Assembly (NCBI GenBank): GCA_045544575.1
Contig: JAZPZG010000075.1
Coordinates: forward strand, 1 to 50,973
DNA: 50,973 bases
Origin: Clostridia bacterium
GTDB taxonomy: Bacteria > Bacillota > Clostridia > UBA1212
Direction of reading: 5' to 3'
In this document: piece by piece, positions 29,734 through 37,851 of the stretch
Numbering within the stretch: position 1 is the stretch's first letter
How the letters are laid out: each line of letters begins with the position of its first letter
Notes under the pieces: model-generated
Databases searched by the model: none
Seen by the model: the letters and a program-made list of their open reading frames with translations, nothing else
Told to the model about the DNA's origin: nothing
Program-made: the position numbers and the translations under genes

Positions 29734-30477
29734 TTATTCCTCGGTAACGGTGATTTCTTCAGTATCTTCTGCACTTTCAACAACGCCTTCTGCATCAGCG
29801 CAGCAAGTGCAACCTTCAAGTGATGCACCGTACTTAAGTACGAAAGTTAACGTAAACAAAGCGATTACGAGAACTACCATCGTCATATTTACGGAAACTG
29901 AGAAAGATGAACTGCCTTCTCCGAAAGCAAGACCGGCGATAGCGCCGATGAGAGACGGTGCAACTGCACACGGAATAAGCGTGATTGCAAGAGTACGAAC
30001 CTTAGAGATGATAGAACTCTCAAAGGGTGAATTGCAATTCTTAAGTGACTTGCAGATGGAGGATACCATAAATGTGCAGATGAGAAGAACAACAACTTCT
30101 GCAATTGCGGCAACAAGTCCTGTCTTAACGTATTTCATAAGCGAAAGTCCGCCGTAGACTTCAAAGTCCATAGTGAGTTTTCCTGCTTGTGACATGAAGT
30201 TTTTGTAGGTGAATTCAACCCCGTCTGCAGAGAATTTCAAATCGCTGAAGTCGTCTTCCGTAAGCTCCGGAGGATAAACGCCAAGCTCTGCAAAGTCTAT
30301 AGACATTTGCATCTCGTTCGTCGTGTTGATTTCAATCAAGTCGGGCATAGCAATAAAGATAACCGTTGCCGCAACAAGAACAGCTAAACTGATAAAAAGT
30401 AAAATCTTCGCAATTAAGGCAATAATCCAACCGGCTTTGCTAAAGCTTTTGATGGTGTTAAGTGTTTTTTCGTTCAT
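29734..30477 (-). CDS. DUF2975-like membrane protein
   Basis: Several TM helices, SICKSLKNCNSPFES and FVLKYGASL patterns; GAGGTG RBS before ATG 30477. Confidence 0.65.
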   Translation of the reverse strand: MNEKTLNTIKSFSKAGWIIALIAKILLFISLAVLVAATVIFIAMPDLIEINTTNEMQMSIDFAELGVYPPELTEDDFSDLKFSADGVEFTYKNFMSQAGKLTMDFEVYGGLSLMKYVKTGLVAAIAEVVVLLICTFMVSSICKSLKNCNSPFESSIISKVRTLAITLIPCAVAPSLIGAIAGLAFGEGSSSFSVSVNMTMVVLVIALFTLTFVLKYGASLEGCTCCADAEGVVESAEDTEEITVTEE

Positions 30478-30632
30478 GTATTGCACCTCGCTAAATATTA
30501 GTTGGTAATATACTATAATATATTTCCTTTTTTGTCAAATCAAACCTTGCAGAGAAAGTGTATTTTACTTTTTGTCTGGTTTGTTTTACATTAAACTAAT
30601 TGTAGCGTGTATACAATATAATTTAAAGTTCA

Positions 30633-30661
30633 TTGACTTTGCAACTAGTATGTTTTATAAT
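30633..30661 (+). promoter_or_regulatory. Promoter TTGACT-N17-TATAAT for the CitC-like fusion gene
   Basis: Hexamers at 30633-30638 and 30656-30661; GGAG RBS before ATG 30736. Confidence 0.7.
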
Positions 30662-30735
30662 ATCGCATATATTTCTACATTGAATGTAGACTTGTAAATA
30701 ATAAATTATATATTTATTGCTATAGGAGATTTTAT

Positions 30736-32646
30736 ATGAGCGATTCATTAATCAGTAGTAATGACCAATATACCAAAGAAACCTTACTTGCGGATTTTGC
30801 CAAATTTGGCGGATATGGTATTCCATTTCCACTGATTTTAAGTGAAGTTTACAAGAATAAGAGAATATTTTTGTTTTCAACTGAAGAAATATGTAATGAC
30901 TTTTATACGTTGTTCGGTAGCTTTTCTTTTTACAAGCAAGCCAATATTACATTTTGTTCTGACAAACCTTTTGTTTACAATAAAAATCATTTATGGTTAC
31001 AATTTGTAAACATTGAGAATATAGCTTTCAAAAGCTCTGATTTTGTTCTCTTGTTTGATCTTGATGTCAAGGCTGCTACTGTTGAGAAAATTAAGGCTAA
31101 AGGCGTTTCTAACGTTTGTTTGATTAAAAAAAGCGTTTTAAACGCTCTGTTCCATTATGCAACTGCAATACGACCGGTAAAACAATTATTGCAAAAATAC
31201 CCAAAGCTTCAGGTGATTTTGACAGACAATCGAGTTCCGCCTTCTCCGGAAAAACGTACCGATTGGGAACGATACATTGCAGAAAATTCCCTTACGCGAG
31301 AAAAGATGGTTGCGAAGTTAAAAGCCGAAGAGTATCCTTATCCTAAAGGTTTGTATAATGAAAGCTACTCAGCAGCTGATATCGTAGAAATGAACACAGT
31401 TCCTAAAAGAGTCTGTGATTACCGAGGCGTTGTATCATTATCTGACTTTGAAAGTAAATACATTAACGTCAGCAACGGAATGAGAAATACAGCTTACCAA
31501 CCTCAAGAATATGATAGAACAATACATATTTTTGGTGGATGCGGTTGGTTTGGTGTGGGTCATGCAGATCACGAAACGTTTCCTTCACAACTTCAACTTT
31601 TGCTAAACAAGAATGTTCCCGAAGAGAAAATTATTGTGAGAAATCGTGCTAGCTTTATTTGGGGAAAACATGATATTATGTGGTATAGCATAAACAGCAC
31701 GGATTTTTCGGAAAATGATATTGTAGTAATTCCCGGAAATTACAAATGGGCAAGATTTTATTATTCAGACATTCCAAACATGCATTACGTTGATATCTCC
31801 GAAAGAGAAGATAGCGATGGTGAAGTTTTTGTTGATGCTTGGCATCCCAGTGAAAGTGGTCTGAAGTCATATGCAAGGAATTTGTTTGATTTTCTGAAGG
31901 AAAATAATTTTTTACGGGGACAACCTACCATTGATGCGAAATTCGTAGAAACAAAGCAAATAAAAGAATATGGTGTTCCTGCTTTTTCAAAAATCTCTTC
32001 GTCTATGCTTTCAAACGAACACATGAAAGCACTTGATGAATATTTGCAGGACATAAAAAAACTAAGACCTCGTATCGGATCTATCGTTATGAATTGTAAT
32101 CCATTTACGTTAGGTCATAGATATCTCATTGAATATGCATCAAAACAAGTAGAGCATCTTTATGTTTTTGCGGTTGAAGAAGATAAGTCGTTCTTTCCGT
32201 TTAAAGATAGAATTGAGCTTATACGAAAAGGCACAGCAGATCTTGAAAATGTTACTGTATTGCCGAGTGGAAAATTTATTATTTCTTCAATTACTTTTAC
32301 AGACTATTTTGGTAAGCAAGAGCTTCAGGACAAAACTATTGATCCCAGTTTGGATGTTTCATTGTTTGGAAAACATATTGCTCCTGCTCTTGGTATTAAT
32401 GTTAGATTTGCAGGTGAGGAACCCCTTGATAAGGTTACATTGCAATATAATCGCACTATGGAAAAAATTCTGCCACAGTATGGCATTGAATTCGTAGTGG
32501 TACAAAGAAAAGTGGAATCGGGGGCTGTTATCAGTGCAAGTAGAGTCAGAAAGCTTCTCAATGAACAAAATTTTGCCGAAATAAAAAGAATTGTTCCAAT
32601 TACTACGTATGAATATTTGTTGAAGAATTATAAGATAGACAAATAG
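30736..32646 (+). CDS. 636-aa fusion: unknown N-terminus + Cys-type SGNH-like domain + CitC-like nucleotidyltransferase (adenylating) domain
   Basis: IFGGC (C269) and DAWHP (D367/H370) in SGNH-like spacing; C-terminal GSIVMNCNPFTLGH...FAVEED...RFAGEEP...ISASRVR is the citrate-lyase-ligase C-terminal domain; CitC N-terminal GNAT part absent. Confidence 0.8.
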   Translation: MSDSLISSNDQYTKETLLADFAKFGGYGIPFPLILSEVYKNKRIFLFSTEEICNDFYTLFGSFSFYKQANITFCSDKPFVYNKNHLWLQFVNIENIAFKSSDFVLLFDLDVKAATVEKIKAKGVSNVCLIKKSVLNALFHYATAIRPVKQLLQKYPKLQVILTDNRVPPSPEKRTDWERYIAENSLTREKMVAKLKAEEYPYPKGLYNESYSAADIVEMNTVPKRVCDYRGVVSLSDFESKYINVSNGMRNTAYQPQEYDRTIHIFGGCGWFGVGHADHETFPSQLQLLLNKNVPEEKIIVRNRASFIWGKHDIMWYSINSTDFSENDIVVIPGNYKWARFYYSDIPNMHYVDISEREDSDGEVFVDAWHPSESGLKSYARNLFDFLKENNFLRGQPTIDAKFVETKQIKEYGVPAFSKISSSMLSNEHMKALDEYLQDIKKLRPRIGSIVMNCNPFTLGHRYLIEYASKQVEHLYVFAVEEDKSFFPFKDRIELIRKGTADLENVTVLPSGKFIISSITFTDYFGKQELQDKTIDPSLDVSLFGKHIAPALGINVRFAGEEPLDKVTLQYNRTMEKILPQYGIEFVVVQRKVESGAVISASRVRKLLNEQNFAEIKRIVPITTYEYLLKNYKIDK

Positions 32647-32739
32647 AGAATCCTGGAAGTCAATCTGAATATGTTGCAGTGCAAATAATTGTGTGGTAAA
32701 CTTCTCGGATTTATAAAAAATTTGCTTGTTATCTATGGC

Positions 32740-32840
32740 TGAGTGACAGTTGCTGCTGCTCAGCCAGTTCACTTTCAAGCATTCCCTGTAGGGGATTGTC
32801 TAACAAGATTTGAATGCTTTCAACTCTTTGGAAGTAGCTG
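32740..32840 (-). mobile_element. Possible IS256-like transposase scar
   Basis: Minus-strand frame reads ...ESIQILLDNPLQGMLESELAEQ, loosely like IS256 N-termini (DIQ..L...IQ.MLEAE..E); no start and no terminal repeats found. Confidence 0.2.
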
Positions 32841-33038
32841 CTTGCGGTATTACTTTTCCGCTGAGAGCGCAGGGGTGGGCGAAGTCTTTGGTCATATCGA
32901 CAATGCGATTATTGGTACAGTTTGATTTGCAAAAGAGAAAAAGAGTCAATGAGCATTTGTTGACAAATGTGGTAGTTTATTGTAGCGTAGTAATGGTTTC
33001 TGTTGGTATATTAGTGCAGTAATGGAAGGGGTTTTGAA

Positions 33039-34409
33039 TTGGAAGCCGAGATGGGGTTGCAGAAAAAAGAAACGACACATATTTCAATCATGGGTTCCTG
33101 TGTTCCAAGAGATACCTTTGAAATTTGTAAAAATGCCGACGGGTATTTTGCTGGGTTGGAAAATTCGTATACTGTAGATCGATTTATACAAAGTATAAGT
33201 CCTGTTTCAGCGATTTTTGATCCTATAGATGAGACTACATCAAAGCAGCTGATATGTGAAGCTGAAGCATCAGGTGCTGCTAATTTTGATAAAAGAAATT
33301 TTATGCTTGATGTGACCAAAACATGGCGTAATTATCTATCTGAAGTTAAGTCGGATTGGTTAATTATTGATCTTTCAACAGCACGACTTCGGTTGTTTGA
33401 ATTTGAAAATAGTATTATAACAGAAGGGTCGTTGGTAAGAATACTAGATAAGCATAAGGCACTTTCAGAGGATTCACTTTTATCTAAGCTGAAGTTGTTT
33501 AATACAATAGACGTAGCAGAGTGTGATCAAGAATATTTGATAAACGCTTATTCTAGATATTTTGATGAGCTTCTTGCAATTTATCCACAGGAAAAAATAA
33601 TTGTTTTAGGCATAGAACATAATTTTTCTTTTGTTGATGAGGTTCTGTCGAAAGTTGAATTGCTGAGCTATTCCATTAAATATCAACAACAGATCGAGAA
33701 TAATATAATAAATTTTGCTTACTCGTATGCGAAAGAATATATGCCAAGGGCGCATTTTATTGACCCTTTGCCTGTAAGTATATGCGATAGGAGACATAAA
33801 TGGGGGATGATGGGGCTCCATTATATGCCGGATACTTATTTGTACTTTTTTCGTTGTATTGATTATATTACGCATTCTAATGATGATAGGTCTTTTGAAA
33901 AAGAGCATATTATGCAACTGCAAATTGATTTTTCGAAGAAAATGTTTTTAAAGTATTCTGTTATTGCTAACAAAAATTTGGAGGAAGAGAGAAATAAGTT
34001 ATCTTTAAAACATGGTGTTTCTCCCGGTGTATACGTGAAAAATGGAATAACGCTTACGATATCAGATGATTTTTCTTATACGGTGTCAGGTGAAGCTACT
34101 AATGATGTCGTTTTTTATCTAATTTCCTCACATAAAAATCCACTTGGGGGCTGGGCATCAAGAAAAGAGGATACTGAGCCCGGTGTTTATAAGTTCGTGA
34201 CGGGGACAAGAAAAATAGAAGATAAATTTTTTATACAATTATTATTAACGGATAGTATAAACGCGGATAAAAGATGGATAACTGGGGATTTTAAATCTGT
34301 CAAATTTAGAATTCATAACTTATATGATTATAGGTTAGTTAGACTTGTAGTAAGAGCCGGTGTCTCTGTGAACGAAAGAGGTAAGCTTTTTCTTGAGAAA
34401 ATTGAATAG
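33039..34409 (+). CDS. DUF6270-like protein (GSC-motif SGNH/WcbI-like fold) with extra C-terminal domain
   Basis: ISIMGSCVPRD N-terminus, DWLIIDL, WG...LHY..Y.YF pattern recalled from DUF6270; TTG start after GGAAGGGG. Confidence 0.6.
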   Translation: MEAEMGLQKKETTHISIMGSCVPRDTFEICKNADGYFAGLENSYTVDRFIQSISPVSAIFDPIDETTSKQLICEAEASGAANFDKRNFMLDVTKTWRNYLSEVKSDWLIIDLSTARLRLFEFENSIITEGSLVRILDKHKALSEDSLLSKLKLFNTIDVAECDQEYLINAYSRYFDELLAIYPQEKIIVLGIEHNFSFVDEVLSKVELLSYSIKYQQQIENNIINFAYSYAKEYMPRAHFIDPLPVSICDRRHKWGMMGLHYMPDTYLYFFRCIDYITHSNDDRSFEKEHIMQLQIDFSKKMFLKYSVIANKNLEEERNKLSLKHGVSPGVYVKNGITLTISDDFSYTVSGEATNDVVFYLISSHKNPLGGWASRKEDTEPGVYKFVTGTRKIEDKFFIQLLLTDSINADKRWITGDFKSVKFRIHNLYDYRLVRLVVRAGVSVNERGKLFLEKIE

Positions 34410-34493
34410 AAATGTTGAGTAATTATTTTGTCGTTTCATAAGTTGCAGGGGTGTGCAATATAGAGATTGATAAAAACATTATTTGCTGAGCTA

Positions 34494-34522
34494 TGGACTT
34501 TTTGCGTATTGTGTAGTATAAT
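34494..34522 (+). promoter_or_regulatory. glf operon promoter TGGACT-N17-TATAAT
   Basis: Hexamers at 34494-34499 and 34517-34522. Confidence 0.55.
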
Positions 34523-34567
34523 GAAAATGTCTTATTATATCAAGGTATGACAGAAAGGATAAGTGCT

Positions 34568-35659
34568 ATGTACGATTATTTGATTGTCGGCGCAGGTCTC
34601 TACGGAGCGGTTTTTGCACACGAACTTACAAAACGTGGAAAAAGTTGTCTGGTTATTGATAAAAGAGATCATATTGCGGGTAATATTTATACCGAAAATG
34701 TCTCGGGAATAAATGTACACAAGTACGGTGCTCACATATTCCACACCTCGGATAAAGAAGTTTGGGATTATGTTAATCAGTTTGCGGAATTTAACAACTA
34801 TATTAACAGTCCGATTGCTGTATATAAGGACGAGCTTTATAATTTACCTTTTAACATGAACACATTTTCTAAAATGTGGGGCGTGAGGACTCCTGCTGAG
34901 GCTAAGGAGAAAATTGCGCAGCAGGTTGCGGAGCTTGATATAAAGGAACCTCAAAATCTTGAAGAACAGGCACTGAGTCTTGTGGGTACGGATGTATATA
35001 CGAAGCTTGTTAAGGGCTATACTGAAAAACAGTGGGGCCGTGACTGTAAGGAGCTTCCCGCTTTTATCATAAAGCGCCTTCCTTGCCGTTTTATATATGA
35101 TAATAACTACTTCAACGACCGCTACCAAGGTATTCCTATCGGCGGATACACTGCCATGGTAGAAAAAATGCTGGAAGGCATTGAAGTTAGACTTAATACG
35201 GATTATTTTGAACTTATAAAGGAACAGCCCGATATTGCGAAAACTACGGTTTACACAGGCTGTATAGATGAGTTTTTCGGTTATCAATTGGGCGCACTTC
35301 AGTATCGCAGTGTTCACTTTGAAACAGAAGAACTTGATATGGATGATTATCAGGGCAATGCCGTGGTAAACTATACAGAGCGCGAGGTTCCGTATACCAG
35401 AATTATTGAGCATAAGCATTTTGAATTCGGTAAGCAGCCCACTACGGTTATCAGCCGTGAATATTCCGCGGAATGGAAGCCCGGAATGGAGCCGTATTAC
35501 CCTGTAAACGATGCAGAAAACGGTGCTCTTTACGAAAAGTATAAAAAACTTGCCGAAGAAAAAGGAAACGTTATTTTCGGCGGACGCCTCGGTCAATACC
35601 GCTATTACGATATGGACAAGGTAATACGTGCAGCATTAGATGATCTTAAGACTATTTAA
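34568..35659 (+). CDS. glf: UDP-galactopyranose mutase
   Basis: IVGAGLYG, HKYGAHIFHT, YTEKQWG, YQGIP, EPYYP, GRLGQYRYYDMD. Confidence 0.97.
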   Translation: MYDYLIVGAGLYGAVFAHELTKRGKSCLVIDKRDHIAGNIYTENVSGINVHKYGAHIFHTSDKEVWDYVNQFAEFNNYINSPIAVYKDELYNLPFNMNTFSKMWGVRTPAEAKEKIAQQVAELDIKEPQNLEEQALSLVGTDVYTKLVKGYTEKQWGRDCKELPAFIIKRLPCRFIYDNNYFNDRYQGIPIGGYTAMVEKMLEGIEVRLNTDYFELIKEQPDIAKTTVYTGCIDEFFGYQLGALQYRSVHFETEELDMDDYQGNAVVNYTEREVPYTRIIEHKHFEFGKQPTTVISREYSAEWKPGMEPYYPVNDAENGALYEKYKKLAEEKGNVIFGGRLGQYRYYDMDKVIRAALDDLKTI

Positions 35660-35686
35660 TAACTATATTCAGAGAGGGGAACAGTG

Positions 35687-36862
35687 ATGAATTCACCGAA
35701 GGTTTCAGTTGTAGTTCCTTGCTACAACGTGGAAAAGTATTTGAGACAGTGTCTGGACAGCATTGTAAATCAAACTCTTAAGGAGTTGGAAATTATTTGC
35801 GTAAACGATGGCTCGAAGGACTCCACTTTATCAATAATTGAAGAATATGCAGCAAAGGATTCGCGCTTTAAAATAATAGACAAGCCCAACGCCGGTTACG
35901 GTGACAGTATGAACCGCGGCTTTGACATGGCTACCGGTGAGTATATCGGAATTATTGAGTCTGACGACTATGCAGAGCTTGATATGTTTGAAAAGCTCTA
36001 CAATACTGCGAAAAAGCATGAGCTCGATGTTGTTAAGAGCGGTTTCTTCTTCTATTGGTCGAAGAAGGGTGAAAAAAACATTCCAAACCCGATTGCATCA
36101 AAGACTACCAGCAGCCGTACCTTCTGCCCCGTAAATGCATTTAAGTCCAAGATGGAAATGGTGGACTTTTTCAATATAAAGCCTACCATATGGTCAGCTA
36201 TTTACCGTAAGGATTTTATAAGACAGAACAATATCAGATTTAACGAAACCCCCGGTGCATCATATCAGGATGCCAGCTTTAACTTTAAGGTGTGGACCTG
36301 TGCAAAGAGAGTACGTCTTTTAAAGGAGTGCTTCCTCCATTACAGACAGGATAACGAATCATCTTCCATAAATTCCCCCGGAAAGGTTTACTGCATCTGT
36401 GATGAATACGACGAGATGGAGCGTTTCCTCAATACACGTCCCTTAGAGAAGGGAATATTGGAGCCTGTTATGGTACGTATTAAATACGACAGCTATAACT
36501 GGAACTACGAAAGACTTTCCGAACCTCTTCAGGCTGAATTCATATTGCGTTTCAGCAAGGATTTTGAAAAGCACCTTACCGACGGCTCACTTCAAAAAGA
36601 ATATTTTGAGTGGTATAAGTGGACAAGCGTTCATCAGGTAATAGACGATCCCGAAGAATATCACAAGGCGCGTGTGCTTGCAAAAAAGGGTGAGCTTACA
36701 TCTTCTTCTAAAAAGAGTGAGGCCCAAGGAAATGACGGCAAGCCTGACGAGAAACGTTCTCTCGGAAACAGAATTGACGGCGGTATCAATTGCATCCGTG
36801 ACCATGGTTTTTTCTATACCGTGAGACTCGGATTTGCAAAGATATTTAGGAGGGGTAAGTAA
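35687..36862 (+). CDS. GT2 family glycosyltransferase
   Basis: VSVVVPCYNVEKYL, VNDGSKD, IIESDDY, PGASYQD. Confidence 0.92.
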   Translation: MNSPKVSVVVPCYNVEKYLRQCLDSIVNQTLKELEIICVNDGSKDSTLSIIEEYAAKDSRFKIIDKPNAGYGDSMNRGFDMATGEYIGIIESDDYAELDMFEKLYNTAKKHELDVVKSGFFFYWSKKGEKNIPNPIASKTTSSRTFCPVNAFKSKMEMVDFFNIKPTIWSAIYRKDFIRQNNIRFNETPGASYQDASFNFKVWTCAKRVRLLKECFLHYRQDNESSSINSPGKVYCICDEYDEMERFLNTRPLEKGILEPVMVRIKYDSYNWNYERLSEPLQAEFILRFSKDFEKHLTDGSLQKEYFEWYKWTSVHQVIDDPEEYHKARVLAKKGELTSSSKKSEAQGNDGKPDEKRSLGNRIDGGINCIRDHGFFYTVRLGFAKIFRRGK

Positions 36863-37827
36863 TGAACGGATGTCCGGTAAAGGTTTCAGTAATAGTTCCT
36901 GTTTATAATGTCGAAGAGTATTTAAGCACTTGCCTTAACAGCTGTATAAATCAAACTCTTTACGATATTGAAATAATTTGCGTAAATGACGGTAGTACAG
37001 ATGGATCTGCCGCTATCTTGGAGCGATTTGCTCAGGTGGATAACAGAATTACCGTTATCCACAAGAAAAACGGTGGTCTTTCTTCTGCCAGAAACGCAGG
37101 TATGAGAGTCGCAAACGGAAAGTTTGTTATGTTTCTTGATTCTGACGACTATCTTTCCCCGAATGCCTGTGAGCGAGTTTGGTGTGAAAGCCTTGAAGGC
37201 GATACCGATATTGTGATTTTCGGAACCAATATTTTCCCTACAAAGCCTTATGCAAGTGATTGGCACCGCAGAGTTTTAGAGGTTTGGACTCATAGATACT
37301 ACAGTTTTACTCCTCACGTTCTTTTCGGCGAGCCCAGCGCAAAACCTTTCGTTTGGAGACAAGCTTTTTCAAAGAAGCTCCTTGACAAGTCCAAACTTGA
37401 GTTTGACGAGAGCGTAAAGTACGGCGAGGATACTGTATTTCAGCTTGAAATGTTCCCCCATGCCGAGAATTTTGCGTTTATTGAGGACCGATTGTATAAC
37501 TACCGTTGGTACAGGCAAGGCTCGCTAATGTCTACTCTTCGTGATGATATCGACAAGAGAGTCAGTGAGCACATCAGAATGTGTACCAATATTACGGAAT
37601 ACTGGAAGAAACAGGGTTGGCTTAAAGAATACGGCAGAGAGTTTACGGAGTGGACTCTTGAATTTATTGTTCCGGATATTAAGTCAAAGGGTGTAAAGAA
37701 AGCTAACGAGCATTTCAAGGCGTATGGAAATATGCTTGATACCTATAATCTCAGACAGTATATTAAGCACGTTTCTCCGTATTTCCAAAACTACGTGCTG
37801 ATGCTTCCTAATAGCTTTTATAATTGA
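36862..37827 (+). CDS. GT2 family glycosyltransferase
   Basis: VSVIVPVYNVEEYL, NGGLSSARN, FLDSDD, YGED. Confidence 0.92.
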   Translation: MNGCPVKVSVIVPVYNVEEYLSTCLNSCINQTLYDIEIICVNDGSTDGSAAILERFAQVDNRITVIHKKNGGLSSARNAGMRVANGKFVMFLDSDDYLSPNACERVWCESLEGDTDIVIFGTNIFPTKPYASDWHRRVLEVWTHRYYSFTPHVLFGEPSAKPFVWRQAFSKKLLDKSKLEFDESVKYGEDTVFQLEMFPHAENFAFIEDRLYNYRWYRQGSLMSTLRDDIDKRVSEHIRMCTNITEYWKKQGWLKEYGREFTEWTLEFIVPDIKSKGVKKANEHFKAYGNMLDTYNLRQYIKHVSPYFQNYVLMLPNSFYN

Positions 37828-37851
37828 TTAAATTAATTAAAGGATGATTTT

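Noticed and set aside
30736-32646. Calling this gene citC (citrate fermentation)
   Set aside because: The GNAT half is missing, the N-terminal 440 aa are unrelated to CitC, and no citrate lyase subunit genes are nearby.
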